Origin: Candidatus Peregrinibacteria bacterium
GTDB lineage: Bacteria; Patescibacteriota; Gracilibacteria; UBA1369
Assembly: GCA_963708185.1 (NCBI GenBank)
Contig: OY970195.1
Location: 928,001 to 992,000, forward strand
DNA length: 64,000 nt
Direction: 5' to 3'
This document shows, one piece after another, positions 49,780 to 60,150 of this stretch (within the stretch, counting starts at the first letter, position 1; the number at the start of each line of letters is the position of its first letter). Position numbers and translations under genes: made by a program. A model generated the notes under the pieces. The model made no database searches and was not told the origin of the DNA. It was given only the letters and a program-made list of their open reading frames with translations.

Positions 49780-52700
49780 ATGTTCTTCAAAAGAAAAAAA
49801 ATCAGGCAATTGAACCAGATGCTCGACTCGGCCAAAAAACCACGCGACCTGGAAGAAGTGACCCGTGCCATTGAGGACACGGCGCCGGCTGCCGCTCGAC
49901 CGGCATTCCAGAAACAACTTCGTCAACAATTACTCCATAAATACCACCCCATGGCCGCCGCCCATAAAGAAAAGAAAACAAAGGTTCACTCCTCCAATTC
50001 CGCACCGATGCGGGGAAAAGGCTGGGCTTTGGCCCTTGCCGTCCTGGTTATCCTCGTCGTTTCGGGCGTTGCCAGTTATCCGTTGATTCCGGCGCCGGAG
50101 GTCCAGGGCTATTCGCTCAAAGACACGGTCCGCAATATTTCCTACAATGCTCCGATCAAGGTCGTGTTCAGCCAGCCGATGGACCACAGTTCTGTCGAAC
50201 AGGCTTTCAAGATCGACCCGAATATCGAAGGAACTTTTTCCTGGGAGAACAACAGCCTGCTCTTCATGCCCAAAGAACCTTTCAAACTCGGCGACAGTTT
50301 CAAGGTTTCCGTGAACCAGTCGGCTCGCAGCATTTTCCAGAAACAGCTTCCAGGCGATTACGAAGAGAATTTCGTTATCGTCGCGGCACCTCAGGTTACG
50401 CTGTTCTCCCCGGCGCCTGATTCCGAGGACGTTCCCGTGGACGCCAAACTGACGGTGCATTTTGACCGTCCGATGATCCCGTTGACGAGCCTTGATCAGG
50501 CCAATGAAAAAGCCATCAACATCAACGTCGATCCTCCGATCCAGGGCAAAGCCAAATGGCTCGGAACTTCTTCGATGTCTTTCATTCCGGACAAACTTGC
50601 CTACGCCACCCATTATACCGTGACGATTCCAGCTGGAACCTTGTCCGACGAGGGAGGATCCACCGACAAAGATTTTGTCTACAGTTTTGATACCCTGAAA
50701 CCCGCATTTGAAACTTCCGTTCCGGCCGACCTGGATCCTTTCAACGGACCGAAGACGACAATTGAGCTGACCTTCAACCAGATCATGAATCTGGAGAAAG
50801 CCGGCGATTATATCAAGATTTACCAGTATGCCGGGAGCGACAAGGACTTCGCCAAAAAAATCCAATGGAACGGGAATGTGTATGGGGCTCCATCCAAAAA
50901 CGCCAAACTGTTGTTGACGGATACCGTCGTTGAACAGACCGACAAAGCGCAGTGGAAAGAAATCGGGAAAACCCTTCACTATTATACGGCCGATGAATAC
51001 AGACAGGATTATCTGAAGGACCAGCCCCAGGATGAGTCCAGTCAGACGCAGCAAATAGATGTTCCCGCGTCCGATGAACTGCAAAAAACTCTGGTGCTCG
51101 CGCCTTCTCAGCCGCTTGCCGAAGACAGTGTTTTCCTTGTCCAGATTCTCAAAGATTTTCCTGGAGCGGAAGGGACGTTCGGTTTGCCGGATGACCAGTC
51201 AATGATCATCAAGACGGTGGGGGCCCTGGATGTTGTTTCGACCTCCCCGGAGAACAACGCAAAAGATGTCCGCGATTCCGTGGTGAGCGTGACCTTCAAC
51301 CAGCCCATGGACGAAGCCAGCCTTCAAGACAAAGTGATGATCGAACCGAAGGCGATGGACGACAACAATCAGGAACAGAAACCCGAAGTTACGGTTTCCG
51401 GCGACGGTCTTGAAATGGACATCCATTATCCTTTCCTGCCTTCAACCAGCTATACCTTGACGGTCAAGCAGGGAGGAAAAAGTCTCTACGGAAAAAACTA
51501 TGACAAGGATATCGTTGTCGCTTTCAAAACCGCCCAGCTCGATCCATCGTTCAGTCTGGTGAGCTCCCCGGACATCAGTGTGCTCGACGCCACGAAACCT
51601 CGTGTTTATTACGTAAAATCCACCAACGTCGATTTGCTCCATCTTGAGTTCAAAAAACTTTCCGACGACGAGTTCAATAATTTCTACTCCAAAGGGTACG
51701 TGGATAACAACTATCGTCCGGACAGCGGATATACGTCTTTTGACGTGACACCGCAACGGGACTTCAACAAGAAGGTCGTCACGAAGCTCGATCTGGATAA
51801 AGCTCTTGGAACCGCCTTAACTCCGGGCTACTACTATTTTGAAATGACGAGCCCGCAGGTGTTCAACACCGACTACAACGGCAATCGGCACCCTCAGGTT
51901 AATAAGCAGGTTTTCGTGCTGACGAGCAATGCTCTCGCCACGAAACTCAGCCGGAACCAGCTGCTGGTATGGGCGACTTCGATGAAAGAAGGTGCTCCCG
52001 TGGAGGGGATGAACATCCAAGCAAAAAATACATCCGACGGAACGGTTTACAACGGCACGACGGATAAAGATGGTCTTGTGACGTTCCAACTTCCACAAAA
52101 AGACAATAATGACTACACGGGTGAATATATGGTGACCGGGCGCGTCGGAGATGACGTGACGCTGACGCACTCGACCTGGTCGGAAGGCGTGAGCCCGTGG
52201 AACTTCAACATTGATTACAGTTCCTACGCCGAAAAGTATTTCGTCTACATGTATACCGACCGTCCGATTTACCGCCCTGGAGACGCGATCGAGTTCAAAG
52301 GACTTGTGCGCATCAACGATGATCTTCATTATTCGCTTCCCGACCGCAGCAAGATTCACGTCTCCGTTCATGATGCCGACGACCAAGAGGTGTTCAGCAG
52401 GGATATCGACATCAACAAAAACGGAACGTTCAATGGAGAACTTCAGTTGGGGGATCAGGCTTCGACCGGCTACTACCAGATTACCGCGTCGCTTGCGGCG
52501 GCCGGCGAACCAACATATTCGCATTCTTTTTATCAGAGTTTCCAGGTCGCAGCGTACAGGAAACCCGATTATAAAATGACTGTCACGCCGGACAAGGATT
52601 CCTACGTGAACGGTGAAACGGCAAAGGTGAACGTCAACGGACAGTATTTCTTTGGCGCGCCGCTCGCGAACGCTCCAGTCGAGTGGACCGTGAAGAGCCA

Positions 52701-55700
52701 GGATTATTATTTCTTCCTCCCGGCCGACAGCAAGAGCCCGTATGCGTCGCAATGGTTCAGTTTCAGCGATGAAGGGTACTTGTGTTTCTGGGGATGCCAG
52801 GGTCAAACCGAAGTCATCAGCCAGGGTAAGGGGACCCTTGATGCCAACGGTGATTTTACGGTCAACCTTCCGCTCGACATCAAGGACAAAAAAGTCAGTC
52901 AGTTCTATACGCTTGAAGCCACAGCTTACGATTTGAACCATCAGAGCGTATCCAACCGTTCGACTTTCGCGGTCCATCAGGGGGAATACTATGCCGGCAT
53001 CATGAGCCAGGATTACGTTTCTTCAAAGGGCAAGGAGGCGAGCTTCGACGTCATCACCATCGATAAAGACGGCAACCCGGTTGCCGGAAAAACCGTGGAC
53101 GTTTCGCTCTACAAACGTGACTGGAACACCATCAAGAAGAAGCAGGTCGACAGCGATTTCTACTATGACAACAACTACACCGACGTTCTCAAGGAAAAGA
53201 AGACGGTGACGACCGACAGCAAAGGGCATGCCACCGTGAGCTTCACTCCGAACGAAGGCGGCGATTATAAAGTGGGGACGGAATCGACCGACAGCCGGGG
53301 CAACAAGATCACATCGGCAACGGAGATCTACGTGACGTCTTCGGACTTCGTGAACTGGGGACAGGAAAACAACGACCGCATTGAACTGGTTCCAGACAAG
53401 CAGGAATATACGGTCGGCGATACCGCACACATATTGGTGAAGTCGCCGTACCAGAACGTCTATGCGCTGGTAACGTATGAACGCGCTGATGTGGTCTCCA
53501 AGAAGGTGATAAAGATCACTTCGAATTCCCAGACCATTGACGTGCCGATTACCGAGGACGCGCTTCCCAACGAGTTCGTTTCGGTACTGTTGGTCAAAGG
53601 CAACAATACTTCCGCCGGACTGCAGGATCCCGGGACTGAAGTCGACGAACGCGACGTCGCCGCATTCAAACTCGGATATACAACATTGCAAATCAATACA
53701 TCAACCCGCAAGCTCGGCATCGAGGTAACAAGCGACCAGCAAAAATATCATCCCGGTGACAATGTGGATTTGAAGGTTCGTACGGTCGACGCTTCGGGCA
53801 AGCCCGTGAAAGCCGAGGTTTCGATCAGCGTGGTGGACGAGAGCGTTCTTTCGTTGACCGACAACGTCACCGCGGATCTCCTCACCGAGTTTTACCGCAA
53901 GCGTTACCTTGGCGTCGAGACTTCAGAAACCTTGACCAAAGCGTTGTCGCGTTTGAACGTCCAGGTGGAATCGGGTCTCAAGGGAGGAGGAGGAGGAACG
54001 CCGGCAAAACGCGGAACGTTCAAAGATACCGCATACTGGGAAGCCGACGTGAATACCGACGCCAACGGTATGGGTGAAGTGAAGTTCAAGCTTCCGGATA
54101 ATCTGACGACCTGGCAGGTGCTGGCCATCGGCATCACCAACGATACGCTCGTGGGAAGCCAGCGCATGGATTTCGTTGTCACGAAAGACGTCCTGGCGCG
54201 TCCGGTGCTTCCAAGGTTCCTGATCGTGAACGACAGCATGACGGTCGGAACCGTGGTCCATAACTATCTTGACCATGGCGTTGACCTGGATGTAGGGCTT
54301 CAGGCGAGCGGTGTCACGATCAGCGGCAGCGACAAACAGCGCATCCATCTTGATCCCGGGAAAGAGCAACTCGTGAATTTTAACGTCACGGTCCAGGACC
54401 AGCAGGAGGCCGACCTGACGTTCTCGGCCATTGATGCTTCCGACAGTTCGGTCGGCGATGTCGTGGAGAACAAACTGCCGATCCATCCTTTCAGTTTCCC
54501 TGAAGTCGTGGCCACATCCGCCGAAGTTACCGACAATAGCCAACACGTGGAAACCGTGTGGCTGCCGACGGGAATCGATCCGAAGTTCGGCAAACTGACG
54601 ATTTCGGCGGCTTCGACTTTGGCCGGTACTTTTGCCGACGGCATCCAGTATCTTGTCCAGTTCCCTTACGGCTGCGCCGAACAGACCGCGTCTTCTTTGC
54701 TTCCGAACCTCGCCGTGAAAGAGCTCTCCAAACTTCCGGGACTTGGCGTCGAAAAACTGATCGATGAAAAACAACTCCAGAGGAACGTTGAGACCGGCCT
54801 GCAGGCTTTATACACATACCAACAAAGCAACGGAGGATGGGGCCTCTGGGAAAATTCCGAACCGACGCCGTATCTGAGCTCTTATGTGCTTTATACTTTG
54901 TACGAAGCGCAAAAGGCAGGGTATAGCGTCGACCAGAACGTCATAAAACGCGGCACCGACTACGTGAAGAACTCGATCAAGAACCTTCCGCTTTCCAAGG
55001 CAAACCGTTCCAATGCCGACAACCGGTCGTTTGCTTTATTCGTCCTCGCCGAGATGCAGCAGGGAGACCTTGGCCTCAGCAACAATCTTTATGACTTCAA
55101 GGACAACCTCAACCTTTTCGGCAAAGCGTACCTGGTCATGACCTTCGACGACCTTATCAAGCAGCAGTCATTGAGCGGAAGCGTCAAAGACGACGCCGGG
55201 AAAAAAATGGATATGTTGAAAGGCGAGATCCTCAACGTGGCCAAAGAGACTCCGCGAGGTGTTCACTTCGAAGAAACGACCCCTGAATACACCATGTTCG
55301 ACACCAACGCCCGCACGACAGCGCTTGTGCTTCAGATGCTTTCGCGCGTGGACAGTTCCAACGTGATGATTCCGAAAATTTTGAGGAACATGCTCATGGA
55401 AAAGAAGGACGGACATTATTCCACGACGCAGGAAACCGCCGTCAGTCTGCTGGCGCTCGCCGATTACCTCAAAGCCAGCAAAGAGCTCGAGCCGAATTAT
55501 AACGGAGTCATCACGCTCAACAGCGTGGAAAAACTGAATAAGTCTTTCACGCAAAACAACCTGACTGACGTCCAGACCGTCGACATTCCTTTGACCGATC
55601 TGCTCCCGAACAATCAGGATAACGAGATAACGGCTTCCCGCAGCGGAACCGGCAAGATGTACTTTGATATGAACCTTCAGTACTTCCTGCCGACCGATCA

Positions 55701-56193
55701 GATCCAGGCTCGCGACGAAGGCATTTTCGTGAACCAGGAATATTTCTCCCTGAACGACAAAAAGATGGAGAATCCGGTCACGACGGTGAACGTCGGCGAC
55801 AACCTCATGGGAAAAATGACCGTGATCGTTCCAGAGGACCGTTACTACGTGATGGTGGAAGATTATCTTCCGGCCGGGCTTGAAGGCGTAGACTTCAACC
55901 TGCAGACTTCTCAACAATCGCTCCAGGATACGCTGGATTCAAGCGGCGACCAGGCTCCGTGCATGAACTGGGATTGCTGGGAAGAGATGTGGAGATTCAA
56001 CCATTCCGAGGTCCGGGACGACCGTATGATGTTCTTCGCCGACTACCTTCCCAAAGGCGTCTATGAACTCAAGTATGTCGTCAGGGCCACCACCGCCGGC
56101 ACGTTCCATGACCTTCCGGCCCTTGCCCAAGAAACCTACTTCCCCGAGGTATTCGGCCGATCCAGCGGCAGGACATTTACGGTACTTCCATAG
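49780..56193 (+). CDS. Bacterial alpha-2-macroglobulin with N-terminal cytoplasmic domain, TM helix and Ig-like (Big_5) repeats
   Basis: YTDRPIYRPGD, FKDTAYW, LPDNLTTW, thioester motif YGCAEQ (CAEQ at 54673-54684), GGWGLW, DYLPAGLE, EVRDDR; four (V/T)FxxxM Ig repeats. Confidence 0.95.
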   Translation: MFFKRKKIRQLNQMLDSAKKPRDLEEVTRAIEDTAPAAARPAFQKQLRQQLLHKYHPMAAAHKEKKTKVHSSNSAPMRGKGWALALAVLVILVVSGVASYPLIPAPEVQGYSLKDTVRNISYNAPIKVVFSQPMDHSSVEQAFKIDPNIEGTFSWENNSLLFMPKEPFKLGDSFKVSVNQSARSIFQKQLPGDYEENFVIVAAPQVTLFSPAPDSEDVPVDAKLTVHFDRPMIPLTSLDQANEKAININVDPPIQGKAKWLGTSSMSFIPDKLAYATHYTVTIPAGTLSDEGGSTDKDFVYSFDTLKPAFETSVPADLDPFNGPKTTIELTFNQIMNLEKAGDYIKIYQYAGSDKDFAKKIQWNGNVYGAPSKNAKLLLTDTVVEQTDKAQWKEIGKTLHYYTADEYRQDYLKDQPQDESSQTQQIDVPASDELQKTLVLAPSQPLAEDSVFLVQILKDFPGAEGTFGLPDDQSMIIKTVGALDVVSTSPENNAKDVRDSVVSVTFNQPMDEASLQDKVMIEPKAMDDNNQEQKPEVTVSGDGLEMDIHYPFLPSTSYTLTVKQGGKSLYGKNYDKDIVVAFKTAQLDPSFSLVSSPDISVLDATKPRVYYVKSTNVDLLHLEFKKLSDDEFNNFYSKGYVDNNYRPDSGYTSFDVTPQRDFNKKVVTKLDLDKALGTALTPGYYYFEMTSPQVFNTDYNGNRHPQVNKQVFVLTSNALATKLSRNQLLVWATSMKEGAPVEGMNIQAKNTSDGTVYNGTTDKDGLVTFQLPQKDNNDYTGEYMVTGRVGDDVTLTHSTWSEGVSPWNFNIDYSSYAEKYFVYMYTDRPIYRPGDAIEFKGLVRINDDLHYSLPDRSKIHVSVHDADDQEVFSRDIDINKNGTFNGELQLGDQASTGYYQITASLAAAGEPTYSHSFYQSFQVAAYRKPDYKMTVTPDKDSYVNGETAKVNVNGQYFFGAPLANAPVEWTVKSQDYYFFLPADSKSPYASQWFSFSDEGYLCFWGCQGQTEVISQGKGTLDANGDFTVNLPLDIKDKKVSQFYTLEATAYDLNHQSVSNRSTFAVHQGEYYAGIMSQDYVSSKGKEASFDVITIDKDGNPVAGKTVDVSLYKRDWNTIKKKQVDSDFYYDNNYTDVLKEKKTVTTDSKGHATVSFTPNEGGDYKVGTESTDSRGNKITSATEIYVTSSDFVNWGQENNDRIELVPDKQEYTVGDTAHILVKSPYQNVYALVTYERADVVSKKVIKITSNSQTIDVPITEDALPNEFVSVLLVKGNNTSAGLQDPGTEVDERDVAAFKLGYTTLQINTSTRKLGIEVTSDQQKYHPGDNVDLKVRTVDASGKPVKAEVSISVVDESVLSLTDNVTADLLTEFYRKRYLGVETSETLTKALSRLNVQVESGLKGGGGGTPAKRGTFKDTAYWEADVNTDANGMGEVKFKLPDNLTTWQVLAIGITNDTLVGSQRMDFVVTKDVLARPVLPRFLIVNDSMTVGTVVHNYLDHGVDLDVGLQASGVTISGSDKQRIHLDPGKEQLVNFNVTVQDQQEADLTFSAIDASDSSVGDVVENKLPIHPFSFPEVVATSAEVTDNSQHVETVWLPTGIDPKFGKLTISAASTLAGTFADGIQYLVQFPYGCAEQTASSLLPNLAVKELSKLPGLGVEKLIDEKQLQRNVETGLQALYTYQQSNGGWGLWENSEPTPYLSSYVLYTLYEAQKAGYSVDQNVIKRGTDYVKNSIKNLPLSKANRSNADNRSFALFVLAEMQQGDLGLSNNLYDFKDNLNLFGKAYLVMTFDDLIKQQSLSGSVKDDAGKKMDMLKGEILNVAKETPRGVHFEETTPEYTMFDTNARTTALVLQMLSRVDSSNVMIPKILRNMLMEKKDGHYSTTQETAVSLLALADYLKASKELEPNYNGVITLNSVEKLNKSFTQNNLTDVQTVDIPLTDLLPNNQDNEITASRSGTGKMYFDMNLQYFLPTDQIQARDEGIFVNQEYFSLNDKKMENPVTTVNVGDNLMGKMTVIVPEDRYYVMVEDYLPAGLEGVDFNLQTSQQSLQDTLDSSGDQAPCMNWDCWEEMWRFNHSEVRDDRMMFFADYLPKGVYELKYVVRATTAGTFHDLPALAQETYFPEVFGRSSGRTFTVLP

Positions 56194-56210
56194 GACTTTT
56201 AAGGATTTTC

Positions 56211-56246
56211 AAAAGAACCCGGTCTTTCCACCGGGTTCTTTTTTTT
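56211..56246 (+). terminator. Rho-independent terminator after the macroglobulin gene
   Basis: AAAAGAACCCGGT/ACCGGGTTCTTTT stem followed by a T run. Confidence 0.88.
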
Positions 56247-56282
56247 ATGGTATAATCTCAACTGCATTTTGTCATCCGAGAC

Positions 56283-56951
56283 ATGAAAAAAAAGAATAAA
56301 GAAAAATCTCTACGCAAAGAAATCCTGCGGAAACTTTTTCATCTGATGGAGGTGCCTGTTCTTATCGGTTACACCATCATCAGGCATTATTTCAATGAAC
56401 GTCTCGCCACGCTCATCATCACCGTGCTTTTTCTCCTGCTGCTTGAAATCGAGTACATCCGTCTGGAATACCACCCAAAGATCCCGGAAATGTTTGACGT
56501 CCTCCGCCATAAAGAACAAAACAACATTACCGGAACGATTTTTTTCATCGCCGCCACGATCATCGTGTTTGCGGCCTTTGATTATCCTATCGCGGTGACG
56601 GCTCTTCTGCTGACGGTGTTCGGAGATCTCGCGGCGGCGCTGGTCGGCATCAAGTTCGGAACGATCTTTCTTCACAAGGATAAAACCCTTCAGGGACTCT
56701 TGGCCGGCTTTACGATGAACTGCGTCATCGGGTATCTTTTTCTTCCCGACTACCCGCTCATTTTTATTCCAATGGCGGTGGTGGCGAGCGTCGTGGAACT
56801 GCTTACCGGCAAACTTGACGATAACCTGACCGTCCCTCTTTTTTCAGCATTCACGGGCCAGATTATGGCATACCTCACCAACGCTCCCCTCACGACTTTC
56901 CCGGGACACGCCGTGGGATCGATCCTGAATTTCTTTGTCAATTTCCATTGA
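56283..56951 (+). CDS. Polyprenol/phytol/dolichol kinase-like membrane protein (SEC59/DGK1/VTE5 family)
   Basis: RKLFHL, FGDLAAALVG, KTLQG, LDDNLTVP; TGgTATAAT extended -10 upstream. Confidence 0.85.
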   Translation: MKKKNKEKSLRKEILRKLFHLMEVPVLIGYTIIRHYFNERLATLIITVLFLLLLEIEYIRLEYHPKIPEMFDVLRHKEQNNITGTIFFIAATIIVFAAFDYPIAVTALLLTVFGDLAAALVGIKFGTIFLHKDKTLQGLLAGFTMNCVIGYLFLPDYPLIFIPMAVVASVVELLTGKLDDNLTVPLFSAFTGQIMAYLTNAPLTTFPGHAVGSILNFFVNFH

Positions 56952-57009
56952 TTTGTCATCCGGAGAGTTCTTGCTATACTGAGCGCGAACTGCTTCTTAT
57001 TTTTCGCTT

Positions 57010-59733
57010 ATGTTGAAAATATCTGCACACACTTCTGTTCGGAAACGGAAGGTCGTTTCGGGTACACGGAAAAACATCAGGCCTCATACACGCCAAGAGT
57101 CCACATCCAAGAACTCCGCCGATTTGAGAACCATGCTGGCATTCGAAGAAGGCAGGAAAGAGATGAAGGATCTGCTCGGAGGAAAAGGGGCGAACCTCGC
57201 GGAAATGAGCCGATTAAAACTTCCAGTACCTCCGGGTTTTACCATTACCACCGACGTCTGCAGGTTTTATCTTGCCAAAGCCAAATACCCAAAAACTTTT
57301 GAAAACGACCTCAAAAAACAGATGGTGATGCTCGAGAAGAAAATCGGCAAAACATTCGGCGATGCCGAAAATCCCCTCCTGGTGTCCGTGCGTTCCGGAG
57401 GCTCCGGTTTCAATGCCGGGGATGATGGATACGATTTTGAACCTGGGACTGAACGATCAAACCGTCCGGGGCTCATTGCAAAGACTGGCAACGAAAGGTT
57501 CTGTTACGATTCTTACCGGCGTTTTATCAACATGTTCGGCAACGTGGTTCTGGGAATCAGTCACGAGGCTTTTGAACATGAACTTGATGAGATCAAACAT
57601 CATCGGGGCGCGACCGTGGACACGGAACTCACCACGGAGGACCTGCAGCTCGCGGTGAAAAAATTCAAGGCCGTGGTCAAGAAAGAGGCCGGTCGCGCCT
57701 TCCCTGAAGATCCGCAAGAGCAGCTGAAGCTCGCCATCGACGCGGTTTTTGACTCCTGGAACAATGATCGCGCCATCACCTATCGCCGCATCCACAACAT
57801 CCGTGCCGATATCGGTACGGCGGTGAACGTCCAGGCCATGGTGTTCGGCAATATGGGCAATACTTCCGGTACCGGCGTGGCGTTCACGCGCAATCCGGCC
57901 ACCGGAGAAAAACGCTTTTACGGTGAGTTCATGATCAACGCCCAGGGAGAAGACGTGGTGGCCGGGATACGGACACCCCAGACACTCGATGAGATGAAAG
58001 ACGTTCTTCCGGATGTCTTCAACGAACTCATCAGGGTCCGTGAAACTCTGGAAAAACATTATCGCGACATGCAAGACATCGAGTTCACGATCCAGGAAGG
58101 AAAACTCTTCATGCTGCAAACACGCAACGGCAAGCGCGCGGCAAGGGCCGCGGCAAAAATCGCCGTGGACATGGTCAACGAAAAATTTATCACCAAAAAA
58201 GAGGCGCTGCTTCGTATTGACGCTTCCGCGTTGAATCAGCTTCTGCATCCCGACCTTGATCCCGCGGCCGCGAAAAACGTCATCGCCAAAGGGCTTGCCG
58301 CTTCGCCAGGTGCGGCGGTGGGCAAGGTGGTTTTCAGCGCCGACGATGCCAACGAATGGGTCACCAACCGCAAAGAAAAAGTCATTCTTGTCCGCAAGGA
58401 GACCAGTCCCGAAGATATTCACGGGATGCATCTTGCCGAAGGTATTTTAACTTCCACAGGAGGAGCGACTTCCCACGCCGCCGTGGTCTGCCGCGGCATG
58501 GGCAAATGCTGCGTAGCAGGATGTTCCGATATTATCGTGGACTCCAAAAATAAAAGGTTCATTGCCGGGCATACGGTGGTCTACGAAGGCGATACCATCA
58601 CGCTTAACGGAACCACCGGCGAAGTGATGCTCGGTGCCGTTCCGATGATCAAAGCCGGCGTCAGTGAAGATTTTGAAAAGATCCTTTCCTGGGCTGACGA
58701 GCACAGAACACTTGAAGTCCGCACCAACGCCGACACTCCGCATGACGCGCAGGTGGCCAGAAAATTCGGCGCGGAAGGTATCGGCCTTTGCCGCACCGAA
58801 CACATGTTCTTCGACGAAGCCCGCATCAAAGTCGTCCGTGAAATGATTCTTGCCAAAGATCTGGAAGGCCGCCAGAAAGCTCTGGCGAAACTGCTCCCCA
58901 TGCAGAAGGAAGATTTTGTGGGAATTTTTGAAGCCATGGACGGGTTACCCGTTACCATCAGGTTGCTTGATCCGCCTCTTCACGAATTTTTACCGCAAAA
59001 GGAATCGCAACTGGAAGAGCTGGCTCAGGAAACCGGCATGGATTTTGAGGAGCTCAAACGGTTCAAGGACAGTCTCCACGAAGTGAATCCGATGCTCGGA
59101 CACCGCGGCTGCCGTCTGGGCATCACCTATCCCGAAATTTACGAAATGCAGGTTCAGGCCATTCTGGAGGCGGGTATTCACGCCAGCCGCGCAGGTGTGA
59201 AAGTTCTTCCTGAAATCGAAGTTCCCCTGGTGGGGCACGTGGAAGAACTCCGCAGCGTGCGAAAAATGATTGAAGAGATGTCGTCACGCTACGCCAAAGA
59301 TATTTCTTTCAAATACAAGATCGGCACGATGATCGAACTTCCCCGTGCATGCCTTACCGCCGATGAACTGGCTCCTGAAGCCGACTTTTTCTCTTTCGGC
59401 ACCAACGACCTCACTCAGACGACTTTCGGATTGTCCCGAGACGATTCCGGAAAATTCATGAACGAATACGTTGACCGCAGCATCTGGGAACGCGACCCGG
59501 CCGCCGGGATCGACGAAAAAGGCGTCGGAAAACTCATGAAGATCTGCATTGAACTTTCGCGTTCCGTAAAGCCGAAAATGGAGATCGGCATCTGCGGCGA
59601 ACAGGGCGGTGATCCTGAGTCCGTTAAATTCTGCCACAAGATCGGATTGAATTACGTCAGCTGTTCGCCGTACCGCGTGCCCATCGCGCGTGTGGCGGCC
59701 GCACAGGCGGCGCTGATGGAGGAGGCGGCTTAG
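57010..59733 (+). CDS. ppdK: Pyruvate, phosphate dikinase (short compensating frameshift at 57400-57471)
   Basis: LGGKGANLAEM, NAQGEDVVAG, TSHAAVV, GIGLCRTEHMF, GTNDLTQ; the conserved APVSMPGMMDTILNLGLN lies in the adjacent frame. Confidence 0.97.
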   Translation: MLKISAHTSVRKRKVVSGTRKNIRPHTRQESTSKNSADLRTMLAFEEGRKEMKDLLGGKGANLAEMSRLKLPVPPGFTITTDVCRFYLAKAKYPKTFENDLKKQMVMLEKKIGKTFGDAENPLLVSVRSGGSGFNAGDDGYDFEPGTERSNRPGLIAKTGNERFCYDSYRRFINMFGNVVLGISHEAFEHELDEIKHHRGATVDTELTTEDLQLAVKKFKAVVKKEAGRAFPEDPQEQLKLAIDAVFDSWNNDRAITYRRIHNIRADIGTAVNVQAMVFGNMGNTSGTGVAFTRNPATGEKRFYGEFMINAQGEDVVAGIRTPQTLDEMKDVLPDVFNELIRVRETLEKHYRDMQDIEFTIQEGKLFMLQTRNGKRAARAAAKIAVDMVNEKFITKKEALLRIDASALNQLLHPDLDPAAAKNVIAKGLAASPGAAVGKVVFSADDANEWVTNRKEKVILVRKETSPEDIHGMHLAEGILTSTGGATSHAAVVCRGMGKCCVAGCSDIIVDSKNKRFIAGHTVVYEGDTITLNGTTGEVMLGAVPMIKAGVSEDFEKILSWADEHRTLEVRTNADTPHDAQVARKFGAEGIGLCRTEHMFFDEARIKVVREMILAKDLEGRQKALAKLLPMQKEDFVGIFEAMDGLPVTIRLLDPPLHEFLPQKESQLEELAQETGMDFEELKRFKDSLHEVNPMLGHRGCRLGITYPEIYEMQVQAILEAGIHASRAGVKVLPEIEVPLVGHVEELRSVRKMIEEMSSRYAKDISFKYKIGTMIELPRACLTADELAPEADFFSFGTNDLTQTTFGLSRDDSGKFMNEYVDRSIWERDPAAGIDEKGVGKLMKICIELSRSVKPKMEIGICGEQGGDPESVKFCHKIGLNYVSCSPYRVPIARVAAAQAALMEEAA

Positions 59734-60140
59734 CTCAGGACTTTCTTACTTCTTGTGCCGTATTGTGCGGTCAATGCTTCAACAAGGGACCGTTCGTTTT
59801 CCGCAATAACAGGTTTGGCAAACTGTTCAAACTGTTCGAGTGTCGCGGGATCGTTTGCTATCCATATTGCTATCTCGACCACCCTTGCGGAAGGAGGCAT
59901 AGCGCCTGACATGAAAAGCACTTTTTCCCTTTCCGTAGGCCCAAGGATTCCCTCAGGCAATTTCGCTTCCGCTTTTTTAACGATGTTCATGAGGGCCGTG
60001 GGGGCATGGGTAAAATTCTCAGCCAGGAACATCCACAGCTGCATATCCGGTTCCTGCAAATTTTTCAGAATGTCGGCAGCGGCTTCCGTGGTGAGGGATT
60101 CAAAACCGGGACTTAATTCATCAATCTTTTTTTCAGACAT
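59730..60140 (-). CDS. Hypothetical protein
   Basis: 136 aa from MSEKK, starting 10 bp after the nadK stop and filling the gap to ppdK. Confidence 0.55.
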   Translation of the reverse strand: MSEKKIDELSPGFESLTTEAAADILKNLQEPDMQLWMFLAENFTHAPTALMNIVKKAEAKLPEGILGPTEREKVLFMSGAMPPSARVVEIAIWIANDPATLEQFEQFAKPVIAENERSLVEALTAQYGTRSKKVLS

Positions 60141-60150
60141 GTTCTTTGGG

